Of a DNA stretch of 64,000 nt, positions 50,401 to 58,847 are shown piece by piece. The DNA lies in assembly GCA_036567745.1 (NCBI GenBank), contig DATCTW010000041.1:124260-188259 (forward strand), given 5' to 3'. The position numbers and the translations under genes were made by a program. The stretch comes from Ignavibacteria bacterium. Lineage in GTDB: Bacteria > Bacteroidota > Ignavibacteria > DATCTW01. The notes beneath the pieces are model-generated. The model was given only the letters and a program-made list of their open reading frames with translations. It did no database searches and had not been told where the DNA came from. Positions within the stretch are counted from its first letter, which is position 1. The number at the start of each line of letters is the position of its first letter.

Positions 50401-51654
50401 TCTACAATTAATACAACTACATTTTCTGTCAAAGAAAACGCAACTGGTGCAACTGTTCCAGGTACAGTTACCTATAATTCAAACACAAAGTCAGCAGTAT
50501 TTACACCAACAAGTTCACTAAAAGAATCTACTGAATACAAGGTTACTTTAAGCTCTCAAATAAAATCTTCCTTAAATAAACCTCTTGATAGTAACTATGA
50601 ATTTTTGTTTACAACAGGCTCTGGGACTATTTCAAACGTTCAATTATTAGGTAGTTATTCAGATATGGGTATTGATGATAATTCTAATGGTAAATATGAT
50701 TGGCTTGCCATTGATGTTGATGTAAATGTGAAAAATGCTGGCACATATTCAATCAACGGAAGGCTTGCTGATAAGAATAACAATGAGATTTTATGGGCTG
50801 CAACAAATAATCAGAGCTTAACTGCTGGTGCGAACAAAATTAGATTGAAATTTGATGGTAAAATTATAAATGCCTATTCAACTGATGGACCTTATAAGCT
50901 TACTGATTTACAAATTTATAGCACTCAAAATACAGAAGAATCAGACTGGATTTCTGAAGCTTATACAACAAAATCTTACAAAGCCTCTGATTTCGAAACA
51001 AGTAATATACCAGTAGCAATTAACTTTACTCCTTCTGATGGTTCTACAGGAGTGCCTACAAATGTCTCAATTACAGTCACATTTACTCGTAATATGAATG
51101 CATCGAAAATCGATACTAACTCTTTCTACATTAGAACAGCTACCGGTGCTAAAGTGCCAGCTACAGTAACATATAATTCTGCTACAAGGGTTGCTACCCT
51201 AACACCAAAAACACCTTTACAACCAAATACCTCTTATACTGTTACTATTTCAAGTAATATTACAGATGAGCAAGGCACAAAATTGCTTAAGCAGTATAAC
51301 TGGACTTTTATGACTGGGGCAGGTGTTTCCGATGAAACAGGTGCTATCACTAACTTAGTTACCTATCCAAACCCATTTCCTCATTCATCTTTACCAGATG
51401 GAGGTACAAAATTTGCTTTCAATCTATCTGATAATGGTACTAAGCTTAGAATTGTGATTTATACAGTATCAGGTGAATTGGTAAAGGAAATTGAAACCTC
51501 ACAGGTAAGAAAAGGATATAACGAGATTTATTGGAATGGTTATAATAAAGAAAATAAACCGGTCTCCAGTGGAACATACATCTATATTATCTATTTTACA
51601 GATAGTTCAAATAAAGAAAATAAAAAGATTGGAAAACTATCTGTTTTAAGGTAA
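47479..51654 (+). CDS. very large secreted protein with multiple SbsA/Big_5-type Ig-like domains, an HExxH segment and a T9SS C-terminal sorting domain
   Basis: 1391 aa. RBS AAGGAGG sits at 47470-47476, so ATG 47482 is the likely start (GTG 47479 in the track). It has a signal peptide and at least six repeats of the pattern 'P.N.ATNV....I...FS..I..S..T...F.L...' (e.g. TVISTLPQNNATNVSTKTAITFWLSS, NFTPSDGSTGVPTNVSITVTFTRNMNAS). There is a THEFAHN (HExxH) motif. The C-terminus YPNPFPHSS...KLRIVIYTVSGELVKEI...GTYIYIIYF is a T9SS-type sorting domain. Confidence 0.8.
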   Translation: MMRVLIKVLSLFLLCISFLFSQNVTNDIQKLRNGYLPENNGDYQNKLNTIAKVQNNRITWKTGTGTYLDSYICYGDAADPIKFTILIDRDVKDLKNIKLTLSVWDVDEAQGEVDVVSINGHAVGILHGANDSWSVNNYTLTPSMLVGGTPQNPGVNEIVVDLTVSGWCVTVDWGAISADGDEFNVVSHTPLNKQTGVDFEKPDIKAVFNLEPDSKTINSNTFVVSYWDKNNMSVPISGSYSVDSKTNTVTFTPSSKLLDGVKYKVEIKGGTNGVKSTSGATMKKAKVFYFTTVPEITVEKVVPVQTAEGANMIAFKNGVVRVYAYIDVKQNVALNGQVDKIDNVDVKLEQPGYVIGTKKVTIKRKDKFTKRELTQGTFTINFFDWFPPAGGSSLTATVGVTSSSNTYREYKVTNTYTTLSKFKDLKYVVQPVLVGSWKTSPPASFPNLSFFNGSDVFTYQIFPVSSVSHSTLPALPISQPAYSPMDQQTYVFWELHNSRIRNSSTSDFIAGYTPSGWLGAIGYSSFLFGDVIAIDEVFWDVIPTHEFAHNSNYLGTGHTDGPIGSLQTWTIEGFKIYPGGSSGEQYSKKYGVFPAGVPLSFMNTDPPPNHLAWITNEDYNTLLNRLPKIGNGKNLEKTMLAEVMILGGYLSSSDNVILEPIQRQNYTVVNFSNSGSYSIEQLNSSNSVLATNNFNPSPEFTGKDGLKYRYFSEVIPYNAQATKIRIKKGSTVLKEIVKSNNAPVVSITSPTTNAIWSGSRTITWTASDADKDTLYYDIKYSSDGGTNWILLARNYQGNSLNINTNTLTNSNNAVISVTATDGFNCTTSTASFSVANGLTVISTLPQNNATNVSTKTAITFWLSSKIKSSDVTSSIFTLTQNMTTINGTLKYNNIDNSITFTPSADLTPGLNYVARLKAGLKDSLNNQLANDYVISFYVQNDSSLYVDSHSPQAFEQSVPVNSSITVYFSNSVNSSTINTTTFSVKENATGATVPGTVTYNSNTKSAVFTPTSSLKESTEYKVTLSSQIKSSLNKPLDSNYEFLFTTGSGTISNVQLLGSYSDMGIDDNSNGKYDWLAIDVDVNVKNAGTYSINGRLADKNNNEILWAATNNQSLTAGANKIRLKFDGKIINAYSTDGPYKLTDLQIYSTQNTEESDWISEAYTTKSYKASDFETSNIPVAINFTPSDGSTGVPTNVSITVTFTRNMNASKIDTNSFYIRTATGAKVPATVTYNSATRVATLTPKTPLQPNTSYTVTISSNITDEQGTKLLKQYNWTFMTGAGVSDETGAITNLVTYPNPFPHSSLPDGGTKFAFNLSDNGTKLRIVIYTVSGELVKEIETSQVRKGYNEIYWNGYNKENKPVSSGTYIYIIYFTDSSNKENKKIGKLSVLR

Positions 51655-51702
51655 ATGATAATTTAGATTTATGTAAAATTAATTTTTAAAAGGAGAATAA
51701 CA

Positions 51703-52659
51703 ATGAAAAAATATTTTATAATATCTATTATAGCTTTAGTTTCTATTCTTAATTTCTCTTATTCGCAGAGTGAGAAAAATGGGACAACTTCTGCTAATTT
51801 CTTGAAACTGGGGGCTGGTTCTAGAGTGGCTGCTATGGGTTCTTCTGGTGTAGCTATTGCTAATGGTGCTGATGCTATTTATTGGAATCCTTCTTTGCTT
51901 GGCTTACAAAATTCAGGTGAATTATTGCTTTCATATAATAAATGGATAGCCGAAACACATAATAGTTTTATCGGTATTACCTCTACATCTAATATGGGTA
52001 CTTTTGGTTTCGGTTTATTAGCTTTTACAAGTGGGGAAATGAAACGTACTGAAGCTATACCCGGAATAAATGCCCCTTATACCCAAGATGGTACCTTCTG
52101 GAATATTGATGGTGCATTGTATGTTAGTTATGGAGTTGATGTTTATAAAAATACCTGTTTTGGTTTAAGCCTAAAAGGAATATATCAAAATATAGCTGAG
52201 GAATCCTTTTTTGGTGGGGCTGTTGATGTAGGTCTATCAACAAAATTTAGTGTTAACGATTTTGGTTTTAGTGTAGGTCTTGCTGTGAATAATCTAGGTC
52301 CTAAAATGAAATATAAAAATGAAGAGGTTGATTTACCACTTATAATTAATGGTGGTGCCGCTGTTAGATTTTATGAGAATAAGGCTCTTGTCTCATTATC
52401 TGGTGGCTCTATAGATGGTAATACAGTTATTAGATTTGGTGGTGAATTTACTCCAATTGAATATGTTTCTATAAGACTTGGTTATAGAACGGGTCTTGAT
52501 GATATAAGTGGTGATTTAATTGGGCTCACAGCAGGTATTGGTTTGCAATACTCCGGGTTAAAACTTGATTATGCTTATAATGCTTATGGTGATCTAGGTC
52601 ACGTACATAACATTTCTTTAACGGTAATTCCTTCACTTTTTAACTTTGGTGATAAATAA
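51703..52659 (+). CDS. PorV/PorQ family outer-membrane beta-barrel (T9SS-associated)
   Basis: 318 aa with a signal peptide. NGTTSANFLKLGAGSRVAAMGSSGVAIANGADAIYWNPSLLG matches the family's N-terminal signature. The body has alternating beta-strand patterning and an aromatic-rich C-terminus. Confidence 0.7.
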   Translation: MKKYFIISIIALVSILNFSYSQSEKNGTTSANFLKLGAGSRVAAMGSSGVAIANGADAIYWNPSLLGLQNSGELLLSYNKWIAETHNSFIGITSTSNMGTFGFGLLAFTSGEMKRTEAIPGINAPYTQDGTFWNIDGALYVSYGVDVYKNTCFGLSLKGIYQNIAEESFFGGAVDVGLSTKFSVNDFGFSVGLAVNNLGPKMKYKNEEVDLPLIINGGAAVRFYENKALVSLSGGSIDGNTVIRFGGEFTPIEYVSIRLGYRTGLDDISGDLIGLTAGIGLQYSGLKLDYAYNAYGDLGHVHNISLTVIPSLFNFGDK

Positions 52660-52673
52660 TTAATTTAGATTAG

Positions 52674-52705
52674 AAAAGCTTCCGCCATAAAAAGCGGAAG
52701 CTTTT
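52674..52705. terminator. bidirectional rho-independent terminator
   Basis: AAAAGCTTCCGC (52674-52685) pairs with GCGGAAGCTTTT (52694-52705) around an 8-nt loop, with A/T tracts on both sides. It lies between convergent genes. Confidence 0.75.
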
Positions 52706-52715
52706 TTATGAAAAG

Positions 52716-54110
52716 TTATAATGAAAAGTAATCAGAGTATTTTATTGTAAAGTCTTCCGGATAAAACACGCCATACTCTTTTACTAATTTGTATTTGCCT
52801 TTATGTTTACCTTTTATGATTATATCAATTATGTCTATTAACCTGTCTATCTCTTCAAAGGTATTATAAGCACCGAAAGAAACTCTTACTGCACCAGGTA
52901 ATTCGCTTTTATCTCCACTAATAATTTTTTGTATTAGCTCATCACTCTCTTTTTTATCAACCTTCATTAACTTTTTAAGATATGGGTGTGCACAAAAACA
53001 ACCACTTCGTACACCTATACCAGCTTCTGCACTAAAAATTGCTGCAACCAGTTGATTTGGTAAAGTGCCAATATTAAAAGCAACTACACCAAGTCTATTT
53101 TCAAGATCATTTGGGTTGTGTGGGCCTAGAATTGAAATTTCTTTTCTATCATTTAACCTTTCTAATAAATATTTGGTTAAAGATTTTTCGTGTTCATCTA
53201 GAGCTTCCATAGTAAAATCATTTAATACTTGTATTGCTTTTGCCAGAGCAATGGCTCCTACAACATTTGGGCTACCAGCTTCTTCTTTTTCAGGCAAGTC
53301 AGCCCAATGCACCTCGTCATGAGTTACAATTTTAACAGTACCACCACCAACTTCTGATGGTTCCCCTTTTTCTAATAATTCTTTAGGTGCAATTAATACT
53401 CCGATTCCAAAAGGTGAGTACATTTTATGAGCAGAGAAAACTAAAAAATCAATATGTTCAGGGTGGTTAGAAGGATACATATCAATTTTTTTATGTGGTG
53501 CTAGTTGTGCTGCATCAACTAAAAATTTTACTCCATATTGATGAGCTATTTTAGCGAATTTATGAATGGGATTGCATATACCAGTTATATTAGAAGCTCC
53601 AGTTATGGCTACTAATTTTACTTTCCCTTTGTTTTTCTCTAACTTTTGTATATAATCATTTTCATTAAGAGAGCCATCTTCGTTTATGTCAATGTATTCA
53701 ACTTTTGCAAAGCGTCGATATGGTAAATCGTTTGAATGATGTTCCATCCACGAAGAAATAACTACATCATCTTTTGTTAAATTTAATCTCGATGAAATTT
53801 TATTTATTGCTTCTGTTGTGTTTTTTGTGAGTATAACAGTTTGTTTTTCTAGGTCAGCACCAACAAATTTACTTATTATTTCATGCGCATCATCATATGC
53901 TTTTGTAGAAACTAGTGATTTAAAACCTGCTGCCCTATGAACTGCAGAATACCATTCAAGAAATTTAATTATCGTTTCATTTACTTCTGTTAATGAGGGA
54001 GTGCTGGCTGCGTTATCGAAAAAGACATATTGCTTATAAGAGCCATCAAGTAAGGGAACTTTTTTATCAATTCCACATATTATTTTTCTAAATTCATTAA
54101 TATTTCTCAT
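52716..54110 (-). CDS. class V aminotransferase-fold PLP enzyme (cysteine desulfurase/SufS-CsdA-like)
   Basis: 464 aa with PLP-lysine context FLVFSAHKMYSPFGIGVL, the ITGASNITG motif, and a C-terminal Cys-containing loop VRSGCFCAHPY. Confidence 0.8.
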   Translation of the reverse strand: MRNINEFRKIICGIDKKVPLLDGSYKQYVFFDNAASTPSLTEVNETIIKFLEWYSAVHRAAGFKSLVSTKAYDDAHEIISKFVGADLEKQTVILTKNTTEAINKISSRLNLTKDDVVISSWMEHHSNDLPYRRFAKVEYIDINEDGSLNENDYIQKLEKNKGKVKLVAITGASNITGICNPIHKFAKIAHQYGVKFLVDAAQLAPHKKIDMYPSNHPEHIDFLVFSAHKMYSPFGIGVLIAPKELLEKGEPSEVGGGTVKIVTHDEVHWADLPEKEEAGSPNVVGAIALAKAIQVLNDFTMEALDEHEKSLTKYLLERLNDRKEISILGPHNPNDLENRLGVVAFNIGTLPNQLVAAIFSAEAGIGVRSGCFCAHPYLKKLMKVDKKESDELIQKIISGDKSELPGAVRVSFGAYNTFEEIDRLIDIIDIIIKGKHKGKYKLVKEYGVFYPEDFTIKYSDYFSL

Positions 54111-54120
54111 AAATTACCAA

Positions 54121-55116
54121 CTAGAAATTATTCCATAATTTTATTAAGTTATCAAAGCTTGCTGTAACAAGTATATTTTTCCAAAAAGTTATTGCAGAAA
54201 CTATATTTCTATGTGCATTTATATTAAGTTCAAGTTTGTAATTACCCATATTCCAGACAAATATGTTTTTATCCCATCCTGATGAAACAAGATACTTCCC
54301 ATCAGGTGAAAAAGCTAATCCGCTTACAATATCATAATGTGCTTTTAAAAGTTTAATTGGTTTATATCCCTTAAGTGATATTATACTGATAGTACCGTTT
54401 TCGTATCCTATGGCAATTTGTTTATTTTGAAAAATAGTTATGCTTGTAACCTTACTTTTCTGGCTACTAATTTTTTTTGTTACTTTAAAAGTTTTTGGAT
54501 CAAAAATTAAAACATCTCCACCTAAAGTGCCGAATAATATCGTATTGGTATTTTCAATTCTGTTTAATGAGGTGATTTTTGATGTATTGTAAAATTTCTT
54601 TAGTACTCTTTGATTGTTAATATTAAGTAAATATACAGAATCAACTACTATTAAAACCAGTGAATCGTTTACAAATTTTAAATTATTTATACATTTATTT
54701 GTGAAAGATATTTTCTGAATTGTTTCATTAGTATTGATATCGTAAAACAAAATATCACCAGATGAACTTCCAGAAGCTAAAATATTTCTGGTTCTATTTA
54801 TATCTAATGCGTTTATCCAACCACTATGCTTTATATTTAATTCTGAGAGTACTTTTTTTGAGTTTACATTATAAATTTTACCATCACCATCACCGATATA
54901 CAGATTATCATTATCTGATAATAATACAATAATATCAGAAGATAAGGAATATGTTGTGTCTAATTTTATTTTTGTTTTAAGAATATTTTCAGATTGGGAT
55001 AGAAGTAATGTGTTTGTTATGAATAGAATGCCAAATATTATAATTATTTTATTTTTCATATTTCCCATTTTAAAATTATAGTTTATTAATATAAATCTTT
55101 TATTTATTTTTTTCAA
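54121..55116 (-). CDS. secreted WD40-repeat beta-propeller protein
   Basis: 331 aa. Repeats end in canonical WD-like dipeptides (SSGDILFYD, GWDKNIFVWN, SFDNLIKLWN) and include GHSGWINAL-type strands. The true start is probably an internal Met (MGNMKNKIIIIFGILFI...). Confidence 0.75.
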   Translation of the reverse strand: MKKINKRFILINYNFKMGNMKNKIIIIFGILFITNTLLLSQSENILKTKIKLDTTYSLSSDIIVLLSDNDNLYIGDGDGKIYNVNSKKVLSELNIKHSGWINALDINRTRNILASGSSSGDILFYDINTNETIQKISFTNKCINNLKFVNDSLVLIVVDSVYLLNINNQRVLKKFYNTSKITSLNRIENTNTILFGTLGGDVLIFDPKTFKVTKKISSQKSKVTSITIFQNKQIAIGYENGTISIISLKGYKPIKLLKAHYDIVSGLAFSPDGKYLVSSGWDKNIFVWNMGNYKLELNINAHRNIVSAITFWKNILVTASFDNLIKLWNNF

Positions 55117-55238
55117 TCCATTAACAGAAGTATATCTTTTTATTATGCTTGTATAATAAAAAATAATATACTGCTGAATGTTTATATTATAATATTTATT
55201 TGTGGTTGAGCTTTTGATGAAAAATTTTCAAAAACATA

Positions 55239-57998
55239 TCAATCTAAAGTATAACCTAGTGAGAAATAGAAAAATACCGGACCAAATATAAATGGATTAT
55301 TTGGGAGGTTCCTACTAGAAATAAATGAATTGCCTAATGAAAATATTGAGGGCCCAACTGGTGTATCTAATGCAAAACTAAGCCCGAGACCATGTCTTAG
55401 ATTTTCTAGTTTTATAGCCTCTGTTTTTTCCCATACAGAACCAACATCATAACGCAAACTTATATAAGTATCAAAAAATAGTTTAAATGGAAGAAGCCAC
55501 CTATATTCAAGGCTTGTTACAAATATTTGTCTTCCTCTGAATTCATTGTCTCTTAAACCAAAGAAAGAATTTTGTCCCCCTAGTTTATATTGTTCTGTAT
55601 ATGGCAAAGTATTATCACCATAACCGAAAATTATTTTAGGATGAAATGTATTTGTGTTTCTTGCGGTAACAAAAAATTCATAACTTATAAATGTTTTTGT
55701 AAAAGAAATTCCTGTACCTAATTTAGCAGTAGAAATTTCATGATAGACATTAAGATACATTCCCTTTTTAGGAAATGGATATAAGTCCTGTGAATCAAAA
55801 ATTAAACCTCCTTTTATACTTGATATATTATGTTTGCCGACAGGAAATCCATCACCATTGTGAGCAAATATTTTTTGATGTTCATATTTGTACTCACCAT
55901 ATAGAAAACCTAACTTTTTATACATGCCTCCAAAAGTTATTGATGGACCATATTTTATTTCTCTAAACTCACCGGATTCTTCTCTTTTCCATCGATTAAG
56001 TTTATTTGTTGGAACGGTTCTGTAGCTATATTGATCTTCAAATTGGTATTTAAATTTTGTTTTTAGGAAAAAGGGGGTATTGAATATTTTATTTGTTTTA
56101 AAATCAATTGAAGAACTCGTATTTCTAAAACCACCTTGAAAGTTAATGCCATACTCTGCACCCCCACTAAATAAATTTTCATTTCTAAAATCAAGGTATA
56201 TCTGTGAGTGTTTTTCATTATCAACTCTAATTCCCAATCTCATAATCTCTGGAGGTTTTTCTGTTACTTTTATGTTGACATCTGGTTGTTCCATTGTATA
56301 GTTTACATCGATAATAACATTTTCAAAAAGATCTGTTGATACAAGATTGTTTAACCCTCTTGTTGCTAAATTAATGTTAAATAGATCACCTTTTTGTAAA
56401 GGGAATTCCCTTAAAATCACATAATCTTTTGTATTGTTATTACCTATCACATTTACTTTATTTATTCTACCCTCGGTTATATAAATCGACAGATTCTGTT
56501 TGATACTATCGAAATCAACTTTATATATTTTCGCAAGAGATAGACCAATGTTCCTATATTTTTTTATAATGCTATCTGTAACTCTTGACCATAATTTATG
56601 ATTAAATGGTTTATCAATAAAAATCGAAAAAAGTGAATCGATATAATATCTTGATAAAAGAGAATCACCTTCTACTGATATTGATTTTATATAAGGGTAT
56701 GGTTCAAGGTTATAGTTTAATGTATATGCTTTTTCGTTTTTTGTTAATACACAATATACATCTTTATAATAACCAGTAGATTTAATTTCTTTTGTGGTAT
56801 TCAAAATATCAATTTCAGTTATTATTCTATTTTGCTGTCTGTTTATTACTTCGTTCTCTATGTCAAGAGGAATGTGTGAACCAGAAAAACTTACAGAAGT
56901 TATAAAATATTCTTTATTATTGTTGTATAGATTGCTTAAAGAATCTCTCTTTTTATTTATTTCAGAAATTTTTTTTATGGCGTATTTTTCCCCTACGCTA
57001 ATTATCGAATCCGCCTCATTAAAACTGGTTGATGAGTATTTATGTAAATCTGGTGAAATCACAATGTCAGAGCTTTTTAGTTCTCTATTATCAAATTCTG
57101 CTTGCATAACTGAAAGCATTTGGTCAAGCACTTCCCAGGGGGCATTTATTTCTTCTTTTTTTCTTAAACCGCTTGTTGTATTCACTGAAATCACCAGATC
57201 ATATCCTGCATTGATAGGGAAGTGTGCAGGAATATTTGCTAATATTCCTCCATCAATTAATTTTAATGAATCTCTTATTATTGGGGGATTAAGTAAAGGC
57301 CAGGTAAAGCTAGCTCTTATTGCTTCACTTAAATTACCTGAATCTAATGCTATGCTTTTGCCATGCGTTAAATCTGTAGTAACAGGATAAAACTTTATGG
57401 GTAATTCGTTAAACTTTTCTGTATGATGTATGCCCTGTAGTACTAAGCCATTAATTAAATTAGTAATTTCGTGACCACTCGATAAACCAGATGGAATTAC
57501 AGGTTTTAAATTTTGGAATCTTAAAGTAAAAAAGCTCTTTGAAAATGAAAGCTTTTGATCTTGATATAAGTATTCTCTTTTTACATCTTTTGTAATAGAA
57601 AAAAAGGAATTTACATCAACTGATTTGAGTAATGTTTTTAATTCCTCAGTTGAGTATCCGATAGAATATAAACCTCCGATTATTGCTCCAATGCTGGTTC
57701 CATAAATAGCATGAATTGGAATCTTATGTTCATTAAATACTTCTAACACTCCAATATGAGCTAAACCTCTTGCACCACCACCACTTAGTACTAAAGCAAT
57801 TTTTGGTTCTTTGACTCTCAGTTCAGGTATTTTGGGAAAATTTTCTGTATGTATAATTGTATCATATTTGGGTCTTATGATTATTTGTTCTTGATTTTGA
57901 GCATTGGATAAATCATTGATAAATAAATTTAATAATAAAACAAAAGTAATAATTATACTCGATAATTTTGTTTTAATTATTTTATTTGCAGAGGTCAT
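55239..57998 (-). CDS. patatin-like phospholipase fused to POTRA + Omp85/BamA-type beta-barrel (PlpD-like, type Vd secretion architecture)
   Basis: 919 aa. The patatin oxyanion hole is ALVLSGGGARGLAHIGVL, the nucleophile is GTSIGAIIGG and the Asp motif is LIDGGILANIP. A POTRA-like segment follows (ITEGRINKVNVIGNNNTKDYVILREF), then a long C-terminal barrel ending FSLGYTLD. Confidence 0.85.
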   Translation of the reverse strand: MTSANKIIKTKLSSIIITFVLLLNLFINDLSNAQNQEQIIIRPKYDTIIHTENFPKIPELRVKEPKIALVLSGGGARGLAHIGVLEVFNEHKIPIHAIYGTSIGAIIGGLYSIGYSTEELKTLLKSVDVNSFFSITKDVKREYLYQDQKLSFSKSFFTLRFQNLKPVIPSGLSSGHEITNLINGLVLQGIHHTEKFNELPIKFYPVTTDLTHGKSIALDSGNLSEAIRASFTWPLLNPPIIRDSLKLIDGGILANIPAHFPINAGYDLVISVNTTSGLRKKEEINAPWEVLDQMLSVMQAEFDNRELKSSDIVISPDLHKYSSTSFNEADSIISVGEKYAIKKISEINKKRDSLSNLYNNNKEYFITSVSFSGSHIPLDIENEVINRQQNRIITEIDILNTTKEIKSTGYYKDVYCVLTKNEKAYTLNYNLEPYPYIKSISVEGDSLLSRYYIDSLFSIFIDKPFNHKLWSRVTDSIIKKYRNIGLSLAKIYKVDFDSIKQNLSIYITEGRINKVNVIGNNNTKDYVILREFPLQKGDLFNINLATRGLNNLVSTDLFENVIIDVNYTMEQPDVNIKVTEKPPEIMRLGIRVDNEKHSQIYLDFRNENLFSGGAEYGINFQGGFRNTSSSIDFKTNKIFNTPFFLKTKFKYQFEDQYSYRTVPTNKLNRWKREESGEFREIKYGPSITFGGMYKKLGFLYGEYKYEHQKIFAHNGDGFPVGKHNISSIKGGLIFDSQDLYPFPKKGMYLNVYHEISTAKLGTGISFTKTFISYEFFVTARNTNTFHPKIIFGYGDNTLPYTEQYKLGGQNSFFGLRDNEFRGRQIFVTSLEYRWLLPFKLFFDTYISLRYDVGSVWEKTEAIKLENLRHGLGLSFALDTPVGPSIFSLGNSFISSRNLPNNPFIFGPVFFYFSLGYTLD

Positions 57999-58755
57999 TT
58001 ATTAGTTTTGCACTTTTAATGTTGTCAAATATTTTTTTTACAGAATTTATCAGGGAAAGGTCTATACTACATATCTCGTATTCTTTTGTAACCTTTGTAA
58101 ACTTGACTTCATTTCCAAAAGGATCAAATACATAAGATTTACCACAATGAATATCATTTTTTGAATTAACACCAATTACAAATATCTGATTTTCAATTGC
58201 TCTTGCTTTCAAGAGGGTTCTCCATATTTCTTCTCTTTCTTTGGGCCACCATGCCTGTACTATTAATAAATCCATGCCTTCTTTTGCCCTTTTTCTTGCA
58301 AGTTCAGGGAATCTTAGATCGAAGCAAATTATGTTACCAACTTTTATTTTATTACCGCGTAAATTAACTGTAAAATTTTTTGTGTATTTACCCGGCTTAA
58401 ATAATTTATGTTCATTTAATGGTTTGAATAAGTGAATTTTTTCGTATTCATTTATAATTTTACCATTATATAATGCTAATGAAACATTCTTTCTATCTTT
58501 ATGAGAGTGACCAATAGGGAAGGTGCCTGGGAATAATAAAATTTTGTTTTCTTTTGTAAAATTTAGAAGTGATTGTATAAATGGTTCATCCTTTGTTATA
58601 AAAAAATCGTTTTCTTCCTTAAAAACCGAATAACCTCCCAAAATCATTTCAGGCATTATAATGATATCTATATTTTTTAATTGTGCTTTAAGACTTTTAT
58701 TATTAATGGTGTTTAATGAATATGATAAACATATATTCAAGTTTTTATTTTTCAT
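57982..58755 (-). CDS. carbon-nitrogen hydrolase family protein (nitrilase/omega-amidase-like)
   Basis: Glu, Lys and Cys contexts are IIMPEM, YEKIHLF and VGNIICFDLRFPEL. I start at ATG 58755 (GGAGAAAAA immediately upstream). The ORF maximum is 58800. The 3' end overlaps the patatin gene start by 17 nt. Confidence 0.8.
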   Translation of the reverse strand: MKNKNLNICLSYSLNTINNKSLKAQLKNIDIIIMPEMILGGYSVFKEENDFFITKDEPFIQSLLNFTKENKILLFPGTFPIGHSHKDRKNVSLALYNGKIINEYEKIHLFKPLNEHKLFKPGKYTKNFTVNLRGNKIKVGNIICFDLRFPELARKRAKEGMDLLIVQAWWPKEREEIWRTLLKARAIENQIFVIGVNSKNDIHCGKSYVFDPFGNEVKFTKVTKEYEICSIDLSLINSVKKIFDNIKSAKLINDLCK

Positions 58756-58847
58756 TTTTTCTCCATAATAATTAAATAATAATATAATTAGTTGTTTCAT
58801 TATTTTTCAAGGTTATTATATAGTATGCTTTAAAAGATTATAGCAAT

